Assembly (NCBI GenBank): GCA_964016885.1
Contig: CAXHJY010000428.1
Location: forward strand, 1-64,000
Direction: 5' to 3'
DNA: 64,000 nucleotides
Source of the DNA: Eledone cirrhosa
Lineage: Eukaryota
Below are positions 12,491-33,300 of the stretch, piece by piece (position 1 is the first letter of the stretch; each line of letters starts with the position of its first letter). The notes under the pieces were generated by a model. It did not search any database, was not told where the DNA came from, and saw only the letters and a program-made list of their open reading frames with translations. Made by a program: the position numbers and the translations under genes.

Positions 12491-12837
12491 CCCCCTCCCC
12501 GCCTCATCTGAGACGCAACATACAGCGATACTCTCCCCAGCGGAAACCTGGTACATTCAGTGACAGATCCATGTTTCGTTGGACAACAAGTCGAAGAATC
12601 ACATATTGTTTTCGTTTTCCGATACGATTGTCATTAAACCTGTGGTAGTGTAGACTTACAGCGTCCTTGGTTCCATTACCACTTCTTTACTCACTGCTAC
12701 CGGGGCCAGCCGCAGAAGTGACCCGCTCAAACTGGAATAGTTATTTCAACACATCCCCCTTGTCATTTTCTGGGGCAGCGCTTTCTTTATTCTGTCCACT
12801 TGGACCAGAGGTTGGCTTGTGCCAGTTGTTCTGCATG

Positions 12838-12904
<67 letters not shown>

Positions 12905-13183
12905 TACATATACATACATACTCACACTCATACACACACATATTCATTCAGACACTCTCACACACACATGCACACACGTACAAGCACACACACACAAATA
13001 CACATATACAAACACATACGTACACACACACACATATGCACAAACGACCACACACTCACACACACATGCAGGCACACACACACACTCTCGCAAACGCACA
13101 CTTACAAACACACTCACATACACACGCACACACATTCACGCACTTACACGCACACACTCACATACACATACACGCACATTCAT

Positions 13184-13215
<32 letters not shown>

Positions 13216-13275
13216 ATAATCAGACACTCATACATACATCCACGTACACATACACACTTTCTAACACACACATAC
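12838..13275. repeat. Degenerate (CA)n low-complexity tract
   Basis: Direct reading. Similar tracts occur at 13500-13950 and 14120-15370. Confidence 0.9.
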
Positions 13276-13502
13276 ATAGGGACCAGATGTCTACATGTTT
13301 GCATGGTCATAGTTTTATAAACTACGACCAACTCAAGGGATCCTGATGTTCGAAGAAACCACAAAGGGAGATAATTCTCATAAGTAATTTTTGTTTTTAT
13401 TTTCCTTTATGATTTTTTTCAATAAAAACGAAACTATACTGAACAATTCTGTTAAATATAGGGAAGACACAGATCCAGAACAAACACACAGAGAGACAGA
13501 CA

Positions 13503-13616
<114 letters not shown>

Positions 13617-13799
13617 TGTATATACATACATACATGTACATGTATATGCCTGTATATTTATAATATATATATAATATATATTATAGTATATTGTATTATA
13701 TTACATTAGATATTACTACATGTATATATACATATATTTATCTAATATATATATTTATATACACACATAGACATACACACACATATCTTTGTATATAAA

Positions 13800-13858
<59 letters not shown>

Positions 13859-14264
13859 GGATAGATGTGTGTGTCTATGTATGTGTATGTATGTATATGT
13901 ATGTATATGTGTGTATGTATGTATTTATGTGTGTGTATGTAATTTTCTTGTTTTCCTTCATCAGCAGTGATGAATAGAAAGGGAAGCGCAAACAGTTTTA
14001 GAACCCAGGGGAATCATAAGATAAATGAGAAACTTTTTTATTACCGGGGCGGACGGGAATAAAATATAAACATATGAAACATGTGATTGTAAAAGTCATT
14101 CCCCTGAAATAACACAGATATTTTATGTATGCATGTGTATGTATGTATGTATTATGTATGTATGTGTGTACGTATTTATGTATGTATGTATATATGCATG
14201 TATGTGTAAGTATGTATTTATATATGTATACATGTACTTGTGATACGTTTATATTTATATATAG

Positions 14265-14322
<58 letters not shown>

Positions 14323-14539
14323 GTATCACACGTACATATATATATGTGTGTGTGTGTGTGTCTGTGTGTGTGTGTGTGTTCATGCTTCTAAGGATATGAG
14401 TAAAGAAGGCATACACAAACACGCGCCTACATTGATACACCCCCCTCTCACACATACACACACACACATGCGCTCACACACACACACGTACACACACACA
14501 CGCATACACACATATATACGTGTTTTGTATAAACACGTC

Positions 14540-14577
<38 letters not shown>

Positions 14578-14644
14578 TACATACATGTATATATATATAT
14601 ATATATTTATTTACACACTCGCGCACACACACATACATACACAT

Positions 14645-14676
<32 letters not shown>

Positions 14677-15375
14677 GTGTATGTATATATTTTTATATAC
14701 ATATGTATGTGCGTATATGTGTGTGTATACGCAAGCCACCAGCTACCACGTTAATACAAACATTATTAAATATTATATATGTTCTAGTCCTCAGTGGCGG
14801 GCGTTGATTGTACTTTTCCCTTCATCTTAAATTGTCAAACAAATCTACATTGTTTAATAAAACATACTGACGCACACGTCAGCTCACATACACTGACAAA
14901 TACACACACACACAAACACACACACACACACACACACTGACACTTACACACATGTCTGCCCATCCACACACTAGCAGTGAGACACACACACACTGGCACT
15001 GATACACACACATTGATACCTACACACACACACACGTCTACGCACACATACAGAGATATACGTACTAATACATACACACACTGACGCATTTGCACACACA
15101 CACACACACACGTAGATACTGACACTCACATTAGCATACATACACCGATACACACACACATCCACATACACACACTCGTCAGCGCAAACACCCATACACG
15201 CACATCTACACGCCCATCTAGGTTCATACATACACAGAAAATGATATACAAACACACGCACACACACAGAAACGCATACACACACTCACAAACACTTTCA
15301 CGCATACTTACACACACGCACTCACACATACACAGAAACAGGTTCATCTACACACATGTACATACATACACACAG

Positions 15376-18300
15376 GCAGACATATACATACATATACATA
15401 CCTCCACACACAGGCAGACATATACATACATATACATACCTCCACACACAGGCAGACATATACATACATATACATACCTCCACACACAGACAGACATATA
15501 CATACATATACATACCTCCACACACAGACATATACATACATATACATACCTCCACACACAGACATATACATACATATACATACCTCCACACACAGACATA
15601 TACATACATATACATACCTCCACACACAGACATATACATACATATACATACCTCCACACACACACACACATATACATACATATACATACCTCCACACACA
15701 CACAGACATATACATACATATACATACCTCCACACACAGACATATACATACATATACATACCTCCACACACAGACAGACATATACATACATATACATACC
15801 TCCACACACACACAGACATATACATACATATACATACCTCCACACACACACAGACATATACATACATATACATACCTCCACACACAGACATATACATACA
15901 TATACATACCTCCACACACAGACATATACATACATATACATACCTCCACACACACACAGACATATACATACATATACATACCTCCACACACACACAGACA
16001 TATACATACATATACATACCTCCACACACACACAGACATATACATACATATACATACCTCCACACACAGACATATACATACATATACATACCTCCACACA
16101 CAGACATATACATACATATACATACCTCCACACACACACAGACATATACATACATATACATACCTCCACACACACACAGACATATACATACATATACATA
16201 CCTCCACACACAGACATATACATACATATACATACCTCCACACACAGACATATACATACATATACATACCTCCACACACAGACATATACATACATATACA
16301 TACCTCCACACACACACAGACATATACAAACATATAGATACCTCCACACACACACAGACATATACATACATATACATACCTCCACACACACACAGACATA
16401 TACATACATATACATACCTCCACACACAGACATATACATACATATACATACCTCCACACACAGACATATACATACATATACATACCTCCACACACACACA
16501 GACGTATACATACATATACATACCTCCACACACAGACAGACATATATATACATACCTCCACACACAGACATATACATACATATACATACCTCCACACACA
16601 CACAGACATATACATACATATACATACCTTCACACACAGACATATACATACATTATACATACCTCCACACACAGACATATACATACATATACATACCTCC
16701 ACACACAGACATATACATACATATACATACCTCCACACACAGACATATACATACATATACATAACTCCACACACAGACATATACATACATATACATACCT
16801 CCACACACAGACAGACATATACATACATATACATACCTCCACACACAGACATATACATACATATACATAACTCCACACACAGACATATACATACATATAC
16901 ATACCTCCACACACAGACATATACATACATATACATACCTCCACACACAGACATATACATACATATACATACCTCCACACACAGACAGACATATACATAC
17001 ATATACGTAACTCCACACACAGACATATACATACATATACATACCTCCACACACAGACATATACATACATATACATACCTCCACACACAGACATATACAT
17101 ACATATACATACCTCCACACATAGACATATACATACACATACATACCTCCACACACAGACAGACATATACATACATATACATACCTCCACACACAGACAT
17201 ATACATACATATACATACCTCCACACACAGACAGACATATACATACATATACATACCTCCACACACAGACATATACATACATATACATACCTCCACACAC
17301 ACACAGACATATACATACATATACATACCTCCACACACAGACATATACATACATATACATACCTCCACACACAGACATATACATACATATACATACCTCC
17401 CCACACAGACATATACATACATATACATACCTCCACACACAGACATATACATACATATACATACCTCCACACACAGACATATACATACATATACATACCT
17501 CCACACACAGACATATACATACATATACATACCTCCACACACACATATACATACATATACATACCTCCACACACACACAGACATATACATACATATACAC
17601 ACCTCCACACACAGACATATACATACATATACATACCTCCACACACAGACAGACATATACATACATATACATACCTCCACACACACACAGACATATACAT
17701 ACATATACATACCTCCACACACACACAGACATATACATACATATACATACCTCCACACACAGACATATACATACATATACATACCTCCACACACAGACAC
17801 ACATATACATACATATACATACCTCCACAGTACACACAGACATATACATACATATACATACCTCCACACACAGACATATACATACATATACATACCTCCA
17901 CACACAGACATATACATACATATACATACCTCCACACACACACAGACATATACATACATATACATACCTCCACACACAGACATATACATACATATACATA
18001 CCTCCACACACAGACATATACATACATATACATACCTCCACACACACACAGACATATACATACATATACATACCTCCACACACACACAGACATATACATA
18101 CATATACATACCTCCACACACACACAGACATATACATACATATACATACCTCCACACACAGACATATACATACATATACATACCTCCACACACAGGCAGA
18201 CATATACATACATACCTCCACACACAGACATATACATACATATACATACCTCCACACACAGACATATACATACATATACATACCTCCACACACAGACATA

Positions 18301-21300
18301 TACATACATATACATACCTCCACACACAGACAGACATATACATACATATACATACCTCCACACACACACAGACATATACATACATATACATACCTCCACA
18401 CACACACAGACATATACATACATATACATACCTCCACACACACACAGACATATACATACATATACATACCTCCACACACAGACATATACATACATATACA
18501 TACCTCCACACACACACAGACATATACATACATATACATACCTCCACACACAGACATATACATACATATACATACCTCCACACACACACAGACATATACA
18601 TACATATACATACCTCCACACACACACAGACATATACATATATATACATACCTCCACACACAGACATATACATACATATACATACCTCCACACACAGACA
18701 TATACATACATATACATACCTCCACACACACACAGACATATACATACATATACATACCTCCACACACAGACATATACATACATATACATACCTCCACACA
18801 CAGACATATACATACATATACATACCTCCACACACACACAGACATATACATACATATACATACCTCCACACACACACAGACATATACATACATATACATA
18901 CCTCCACACACACACAGACATATACATACATATACATACCTCCACACACAGACATATACATACATATACATACCTCCACACACAGACATATACATACATA
19001 TACATACCTCCACACACACACAGACATATACATACATATACATACCTCCACACACAGACATATACATACATATACATACCTCCACACACAGACATATACA
19101 TACATATACATACCTCCACACACACACAGACATATACATACATATACATACCTCCACACACAGACATATACATACATATACATACCTCCACACACAGACA
19201 TATACATACATATACATACCTCCACACACACACAGACATATACATACATATACATACCTCCACACACACACAGACATATACATACATATACATACCTCCA
19301 CACACACACAGACATATACATACATATACATACCTCCACACACAGACATATACATACATATACATACCTCCACACACAGACAGACATATACATACATATA
19401 CATACCTCCACACACACACAGACATATACATACATATACATACCTCCACACACACACAGACATATACATACATATACATACCTCCACACACACACAGACA
19501 TATACATACATATACATACCTCCACACACAGACATATACATACATATACATACCTCCACACACAGACATATACATACATATACATACCTCCACACACACA
19601 CAGACATATACATACATATACATACCTCCACACACAGACATATACATACATATACATACCTCCACACACAGACATATACATACATATACATACCTCCACA
19701 CACACACACACATATACATACATATACATACCTCCACACACAGACAGACATATATATACATACCTCCACACACAGACATATACATACATATACATACCTC
19801 CACACACACACAGACATATACATACATATACATACCTCCACACACAGACAGACATATATATACATACCTCCACACACAGACATATACATACATATACATA
19901 CCTTCACACACACACAGACCTATACATACATATACATACCTCCACACACAGACATATACATACATATACATACCTCCACACACAGACAGACATATACATA
20001 CCTCCACACACACACAGACATATACATACATATACATACCTCCACACACAGACATATACATACATATACATAACTCCACACACAGACATATACATACATA
20101 TACATACCTCCACACACAGACAGACATATACATACATACACACACACACAGACATATACATACATATACATACCTCCACACACAGACATATACATACATA
20201 TACATAACTCCACACACAGACATATACATACATATACATACCTCCACACACACACAGACATATACATACATATACATACCTCCACACACACACAGACATA
20301 TACATACATATACATACCACCACACACACACAGACATATACATACATATACATACCTCCACACACAGACATATACATACATATACATACCTCCACACACA
20401 CACAGACATATACATACATATACATACCTCCACACACAGACAGAGATATACATACATATACATACCACCACACACAGACATATACATACATATACATACC
20501 TCCACACACACATAGACATATACATACATATACATACCTCCACACACAGACAGACATATACATACATATACATACCTCCACACACAGACATATACATACA
20601 TATTCATACCTCCACACACAGACATATACATACATATACATACCTCCACACACAGACAGACAAATACATACATATACATACCTCCACACACACACAGACA
20701 TATACATACATATACATACCTCCACACACACACAGACATATACATACATATACATACCTCCACACACAGACAGACATATACATACATATACATACCTCCA
20801 CACACAGACATATACATACATATACATACCTCCACACACACACAGACATATACATACATATACATACCTCCACACACAGACATATACATACATATACATA
20901 CCACCACACACAGACAGACATATACATACATATACATACCTCCACACACAGACATATACATACATATACATACCTCCACACAGACAGACATATACATACA
21001 TATACATACCTCCACACACACACAGACATATACATACATATACATACCTCCACACACAGACAGACATATACATATACATACCTCCACACACAGACAGACA
21101 TATACAGACATATACATACCTCCACACACAGACATATACATACATATACATACCTCCACACACACACAGACATATACATACATATACATACCTCCACACA
21201 CAGACATATACATACATATACATACCTCCACACACAGACAGACATATACATATACATACCTCCACACACAGACAGACATATACATACATATACATACCTC

Positions 21301-24300
21301 CACACACACACAGACATATACATACATATACATACCTCCACACACACACAGACATATACATACATATACATACCTCCACACACACACAGACATATACATA
21401 TACATACCTCCACACACAGACATATACATACATATACATACCTCCACACACAGACACACATATACATACATATACATACCTCCACACACAGACAGACATA
21501 TACATATACATACCTCCACACACAGACAGACATATACATACATATACATACCTCCACACACACACAGACATATACATACATATACATACCTCCACACACA
21601 GACATATACATACATATACATACCTCCACACACAGACAGACATATACATACATATACATACCTCCACACACAGACAGACATATACATACATATACATACC
21701 TCCACACACAGACATATACATACATATACATACCTCCACACACAGACAGACATATACATACACATACATACCTCCACACACAGACATATACATACATATA
21801 CATACCTCCACACACAGACACACATATACATACATATACATACCTCCACACACAGACATACACATACATATACATACCTCCACACACAGACATATACATA
21901 CATATACATACCTCCACACACAGACAGACATATACATACATATACATACCTCCACACACACACAGACATATACATACATATACATACCTCCACACACAGA
22001 CAGACATATACATACATATACATACCTCCACACACAGACATACACATACATATACATACCTCCACACACAGACATATACATACATATACATACCTCCCCA
22101 CACAGACATATACATACATATACATACCTCCACACACAGACATATACATACATATACATACCTCCACACACAGACATATACATACATATACATACCTCCA
22201 CACACAGACATATACATACATATACATACCTCCACACACACATATACATACATATACATACCTCCACACACACACAGACATATACATACATATACACACC
22301 TCCACACACAGACATATACATACATATACATACCTCCACACACAGACAGACATATACATACATATACATACCTCCACACACACACAGACATATACATACA
22401 TATACATACCTCCACACACACACAGACATATACATACATATACATACCTCCACACACAGACATATACATACATATACATACCTCCACACACAGACATATA
22501 CATACATATACATACCTCCACACACACACAGACATATACATACATATACATACCTCCACACACAGACATATACATACATATACATACCTCCACACACAGA
22601 CATATACATACATATACATACCTCCACACACAGACATATACATACATATACATACCTCCACACACAGACATATACATACATATACATACCTCCACACACA
22701 GACATATACATACATATACATACCTCCACACACAGGCAGACATATACATACATATACATACCTCCACACACAGACATATACATACATATACATACCTCCA
22801 CACACAGACATATACATACATATACATACCTCCACACACACACAGACATATACATACATATACATACCTCCACACACACACAGACATATACATACATATA
22901 CATACCTCCACACACAGACATATACATACATATACATACCTCCACACACAGACATATACATACATATACATACCTCCACACACAGACATATACATACATA
23001 TACATACCTCCACACACAGACATATACATACATATACATACCTCCACACACAGACAGACATATACATACATATACATACCTCCACACACACACAGACATA
23101 TACATACATATACATACCTCCACACACACACAGACATATACATACATATACATACCTCCACACACACACAGACATATACATACATATACATACCTCCACA
23201 CACAGACATATACATACATATACATACCTCCACACACACACAGACATATACATACATATACATACCTCCACACACAGACATATACATACATATACATACC
23301 TCCACACACACACAGACATATACATACATATACATACCTCCACACACACACAGACATATACATACATATACATACCTCCACACACACACAGACATATACA
23401 TACATATACATACCTCCACACACAGACATATACATACATATACATACCTCCACACACAGACATATACATACATATACATACCTCCACACACACACAGACA
23501 TATACATACATATACATACCTCCACACACAGACATATACATACATATACATACCTCCACACACAGACATATACATACATATACATACCTCCACACACACA
23601 CAGACATATACATACATATACATACCTCCACACACACACAGACATATACATACATATACATACCTCCACACACACACAGACATATACATACATATACATA
23701 CCTCCACACACAGACATATACATACATATACATACCTCCACACACAGACATATACATACATATACATACCTCCACACACACACAGACATATACATACATA
23801 TACATACCTCCACACACAGACATATACATACATATACATACCTCCACACACAGACATATACATACATATACATACCTCCACACACACACAGACATATACA
23901 TACATATACATACCTCCACACACACACAGACATATACATACATATACATACCTCCACACACACACAGACATATACATACATATACATACCTCCACACACA
24001 GACATATACATACATATACATACCTCCACACACAGACAGACATATACAAATATATACATACCTCCACACACACACAGACATATACATACATATACATACC
24101 TCCACACACACACAGACATATACATACATATACATACCTCCACACACACACAGACATATACATACATATACATACCTCCACACACAGACATATACATACA
24201 TATACATACCTCCACACACACACAGACATATACATACATATACATACCTCCACACACACACAGACATATACATACATATACATACCTCCACACACACACA

Positions 24301-27300
24301 GACATATACATACATATACATACCTCCACACACAGACATATACATACATATACATACCTCCACACACAGACATATACATACATATACATACCTCCACACA
24401 CACACAGACATATACATACATATACATACCTCCACACACAGACATATACATACATATACATACCTCCACACACAGACATATACATACATATACATACCTC
24501 CACACACACACACACATATACATACATATACATACCTCCACACACAGACAGACATATATATACATACCTCCACACACAGACATATACATACATATACATA
24601 CCTCCACACACACACAGACATATACATACATATACATACCTCCACACACAGACAGACATATATATACATACCTCCACACACAGACATATACATACATATA
24701 CATACCTTCACACACACACAGACCTATACATACATATACATACCTCCACACACAGACATATACATACATATACATACCTCCACACACAGACAGACATATA
24801 TATACATATACATACCTCCACACACACACAGACATATACATACATATACATACCTCCACACACAGACATATACATACATATACATAACTCCACACACAGA
24901 CATATACATACATATACATACCTCCACACACAGACAGACATATACATACATACACATACCTCCACACACACACAGACATATACATACATATACATACCTC
25001 CACACACACACAGACATATACATACATATACATACCACCACACACACACAGACATATACATACATATACATACCTCCACACACAGACATATACATACATA
25101 TACATACCTCCACACACACATAGACATATACATACATATACATACCTCCACACACACACAGACATATACATACATATACATACCACCACACACAGACATA
25201 TACATACATATACATACCTCCACACACACATAGACATATACATACATATACATACCTCCACACACAGACAGACATATACATACATATACATACCTCCACA
25301 CACAGACATATACATACATATACATACCTCCACACACAGACATATACATACATATACATACCTCCACACACAGACAGACAAATACATACATATACATACC
25401 TCCACACACACACAGACATATACATACATATACATACCTCCACACACACACAGACATATACATACATATACATACCTCCACACACAGACAGACATATACA
25501 TACATATACATACCTCCACACACAGACATATACATACATATACATACCTCCACACACACACAGACATATACATACATATACATACCTCCACACACAGACA
25601 TATACATACATATACATACCACCACACACAGACAGACATATACATACATATACATACCTCCACACACAGACATATACATACATATACATACCTCCACACA
25701 CACACAGACATATACATACATATACATACCTCCACACAGACAGACATATACATACATATACATACCTCCACACACACACAGACATATACATACATATACA
25801 TACCTCCACACACACAGACATATACATACATATACATACCTCCACACACAGACAGACATATACATATACATACCTCCACACACAGACAGACATATACAGA
25901 CATATACATACCTCCACACACAGACATACACATACATATACATACCTCCACACACAGACATATACATACATATACATACCTCCCCACACAGACATATACA
26001 TACATATACATACCTCCACACACAGACATATACATACATATACATACCTCCACACACAGACATATACATACATATACATACCTCCACACACAGACATATA
26101 CATACATATACATACCTCCACACACACATATACATACATATACATACCTCCACACACACACAGACATATACATACATATACACACCTCCACACACAGACA
26201 TATACATACATATACATACCTCCACACACAGACAGACATATACATACATATACATACCTCCACACACACACAGACATATACATACATATACATACCTCCA
26301 CACACACACAGACATATACATACATATACATACCTCCACAGTACACACAGACATATACATACATATACATACCTCCACACACAGACATATACATACATAT
26401 ACATACCTCCACACACAGACATATACATACATATACATACCTCCACACACACACAGACATATACATACATATACATACCTCCACACACACACAGACATAT
26501 ACATACATATACATACCTCCACACACAGACATATACATACATATACATACCTCCACACACAGCAGACATATACATACATATACATACCTCCACACACAGA
26601 CATATACATACATATACATACCTCCACACACACACAGACATATACATACATATACATACCTCCACACACACACAGACATATACATACATATACATACCTC
26701 CACACACACACAGACATATACATACATATACATACCTCCACACACAGACATATACATACATATACATACCTCCACACACACACAGACATATACATACATA
26801 TACATACCTCCACACACAGACATATACATACATATACATACCTCCACACACAGACATATACATACATATACATACCTCCACACACACACAGACATATACA
26901 TACATATACATACCTCCACACACACACAGACATATACATACATATACATACCTCCACACACACACAGACATATACATACATATACATACCTCCACACACA
27001 GACATATACATACATATACATACCTCCACACACAGGCAGACATATACATACATACCTCACACACACAGACATATACATACATATACATACCTCCACACAC
27101 AGACATATACATACATATACATACCTCCACACACAGACATATACATACATATACATACCTCCACACACAGACAGACATATACATACATATACATACCTCC
27201 ACACACACACAGACATATACATACATATACATACCTCCACACACACACAGACATATACATACATATACATACCTCCACACACACACAGACATATACATAC

Positions 27301-30300
27301 ATATACATACCTCCACACACACACAGACATATACATACATATACATACCTCCACACACAGACATATACATACATATACATACCTCCACACACAGACATAT
27401 ACATACATATACATACCTCCACACACACACAGACATATACATACATATACATACCTCCACACACAGACATATACATACATATACATACCTCCACACACAG
27501 ACATATACATACATATACATACCTCCACACACACACAGACATATACATACATATACATACCTCCACACACAGACATATACATACATATACATACCTCCAC
27601 ACACACACAGACATATACATACATATACATACCTCCACACACAGACATATACATACATATACATACCTCCACACACAGACATATACATACATATACATAC
27701 CTCCACACACACACAGACATATACATACATATACATACCTCCACACACACACAGACATATACATACATATACATACCTCCACACACACACAGACATATAC
27801 ATACATATACATACCTCCACACACAGACATATACATACATATACATACCTCCACACACAGACATATACATACATATACATACCTCCACACACACACAGAC
27901 ATATACATACATATACATACCTCCACACACACACAGACATATACATACATATACATACCTCCACACACACACAGACATATACATACATATACATACCTCC
28001 ACACACAGACATATACATACATATACATACCTCCACACACAGACATATACATACATATACATACCTCCACACACACACAGACATATACATACATATACAT
28101 ACCTCCACACACACAGACATATACATACATATACATACCTCCACACACAGACATATACATACATATACATACCTCCACACACACACAGACATATACATAC
28201 ATATACATACCTCCACACACACACAGACATATACATACATATACATACCTCCACACACACACAGACATATACATACATATACATACCTCCACACACAGAC
28301 ATATACATACATATACATACCTCCACACACAGACAGACATATACAAATATATACATACCTCCACACACAGACATATACATACATATACATACCTCCACAC
28401 ACAGACATATACATACATATACATACCTCCACACACAGACATATACATACAATATACATACCTCCACACACACACAGACATATACATACATATACATACC
28501 TCCACACACAGACATATACATACATATACATACCTCCACACACAGACATATACATACATATACATACCTCCACACACACACAGACATATACATACATATA
28601 CATACCTCCACACAACACACAGACATATACATACATATACATACCTCCACACACACACAGACATATACATACATATACATACCTCCACACACACAGACAT
28701 ATACATACATATACATAACCTCCACACACACAGACATATACATACATATACATACCTCCACACACACAGACATATACATACATATACATACCTCCACACA
28801 CAACAGACATATACATACATATACATACCTCCACACAACACACAGACATATACATACATATACATACCTCCACACACACACAGACATATACATACATATA
28901 CATACCTCCACACACAGACATATACATACATATACATACCTCCACACACAGACATATACATACATATACATACCTCCACACACACACAGACATATACATA
29001 CATATACATACCTCCACACACAGACATATACATACATATACATACCTCCACACCACACAGACATATACATACATATACATACCTCACACACACACAGACA
29101 TATACATACATATACATACCTCCACACACACAGACATATACAATACATATACATACCTCAACACACACACAGACATATACATACATATACATACCTCCAC
29201 ACACACAGACATATACATACATATACATACCTCCACACACAGACATATACATACATATACATACCTCCACACACACACAGACATATACATACATATACAT
29301 ACCTCCACACACAACAGACATATACATACATATACATACCTCCACACACACAGACATATACATACATATACATACCTCCACACACAGACATTACATACAT
29401 ATACATACCTCCACACACAGACATATACATACATATACATACCTCCACACACACACAGACATATACATACATATACATACCTCCACACACACAGACATAT
29501 ACATACATATACATACCTCCACACACACAGACATATACATACATATACATACCTCCACACACACAGACATATACATACATATACATACCTCCACACACAC
29601 ACAGACATATACATACATATACATACCTCCACACACAGACAGAACATATATACATACCTCCACACACAGACATATACATACATATACATACCTCCACACA
29701 CACACAAGACATATACATACATATACATACCTCCACACACAGACAGACATATTATACATATACCTCCACACACAGACATATACATACATATACATCACCT
29801 TCACACACACACACAGACATATACATACATATACATACCTCCACACACAGACATATACATACATATACATACCTCCACACACAGACAGACATATACATAC
29901 ATACTACATACCTCCACACACAGACATATACATACATATACATACCTCCACACACAGACATATACATACATATACATACCTCCACACACAGACATATACA
30001 TACATATACATAACCTCCACACACAGACAGACATATACATACATACACATACCTCCACACACACACAGACATATACATACATATACATACCTCCACACAC
30101 ACACAGACATATACATACATATACATACCTCCACACACACAACAGACATATACATACATATACATACCTCCACACACAGACATATACATACATATACATA
30201 CCTCCACACACACACAGACATATACATACATATACATACCTCCCACACACAGACAGAGATATACATACATATACATACCACCACACACACAGACATATAC

Positions 30301-33300
30301 ATACATATACATACCTCCACACACACACAGACATATACATACATATACATACCTCCACACACAGACAGACATATACATACATATACATACCTCCACACAC
30401 ACAGACATATACATACATATACATACCTCCACACACAGACATATACATACATATACATACCTCCACACACAGACAGACAAATACATACATATACATACCT
30501 CCACACACACACAGACATATACATACATATACATACCTCCACACACACAGACATATACATACATATACATACCTCCACACACAGACAGACATATACATAC
30601 ATATACATACCTCCACACACAACAGACATATACATACATATACATACCTCCACACACACACAGACATATACATACATATACATACCTCCACACACAGACA
30701 TATACATACATATACATACCACCACACACAGACAGACATATACATACATATACATACCTCCACACACAGACATATACATACATATACATACCTCCACACA
30801 GACAGACATATACATACATATACATACCTCCACACACACACAGACATATACATACATATACATACCTCCACACACAGACTATACATATACATATACATAC
30901 CTCCACACACAGACAGACATATACATACATATACATACCTCCACACACAGCACAGACATATACATACATATACATACCTCCACACACACAGACATATACA
31001 TACATATACATACCTCCACACACAGCACAGACATATACAATATACATACCTCCACACACAGACATATACATACATATACATACCTCCACACACAGACACG
31101 ACATATACATACATATACATACCTCCACACACAGACAGACATATACATACATATACATACCTCCACACACAGACATATACATACATATACATACCTCCAC
31201 ACACAGACATATACATACATATACATACCTCCACACACAGACAGACATATACATACATATACATACCTCCACACACAGACAGACATATACATACATATAC
31301 ATACCTCCACACACACACAGACATATACATACATATACATACCTCCACACACAGACAGACATATACATACATATACATACCTCCACACACAGACAGACAT
31401 ATACATACATATACATACCTCCACACACAGACATATACATACATATACATACCTCCACACACAGACAGACATATACATACACTATACATACCTCCACACA
31501 CAGACATATACATACATATACATACCTCCACACACAGACACACATATACATACATATACATACCTCCACACACAGACATACACATACATATACATACCTC
31601 CACACACAGACATATACATACATATACATACCTCCCACACACACAGACATATACATACATATACATACCTCCACACACACGACAGACATATACATACATA
31701 TACATACCTCCACACACAGACAGACATATACATACCTCCACACACACACAGACATATACATACATATACATACCTCCACACACACACAGACATATACATA
31801 CATATACATACCTCCACACACACACAGACATATACATACATATACATACCTCCACACACAGCAGACATGTACATACATATACATACCTCCACACACAGAC
31901 ATATACATACATATACATACCTCCACACACAGACATATACATACATATACATACCTCCACACACAGCAACATATACATATATATACAATACCTCCACACA
32001 ACAGACATATACATACATATACATACCTCCACACACACAGCAGACATATACATACATATACATACCTCCACACACACAGACATATACATAACATATACAT
32101 ACCTCCACACACAGACATATACATACATATACATACCTCCACACACAGACATATACATACATATACATACCTCCACACACAGACATATACATACATATAC
32201 ATACCTCCACACAACAGACATATACATACATATACATACCTCCACACACAGACATATACATACATATACATAACCTCCACACACACACAGACATATACAT
32301 ACATATACATACCTCCACACAACACAGACATATACATACATATACATACCTCCAACACACACACAGACATATACATACATATAACATACCTCCACACACA
32401 CAGACATATACATACATATACATACCTCCACACACAGACAGACATATACATACATATACAGACCTCCACACACAGACAGACATATACATACATATACATA
32501 CCTCACACACAGACATATACATACATATACATACCACCACACACAGAACAGACATAATACATACATATACATACCTCCACACACACAGACATATACATAC
32601 ATATACATACCTCCACACACAGACAGACATATAATACATACAATATACATACCTCCACACACACACAGACATATACATATATATACATACCTCCACACAC
32701 AGACAGACATATACATACATATACATACCTCCACACACAGACAGACATATACATACATATACATACCTCCCACACACACACAGATATATACATACATATA
32801 CATACCTCCACACACAAGACAGACATATACATACATATACATACCTCCACAACACACACAGACATATACATACATATACATACCTCCACACACAGACATA
32901 TACATACATATACATACCTCCACACACAGAACAGACATATACATACAATATACATACCTCCACACACACACAGACATATACATACATATACATACCTCCA
33001 CACACACACAGACATATACATACATATACATACCACCACACACACACAGACATATACATACATATACATACCTCCACACACAGACAGACATATACAATAC
33101 ATATACATACCTCCACACACACACAGACATATACATACATATACATACCTCCACACACAGACAGACATATACATACATATACATACCTCCACACACAGAC
33201 ATATACATACATATACATACCTCCACACACAGACATATACATACATATACATACCTCCACACACACACAGACATATACATACATATACATACCTCCACAC

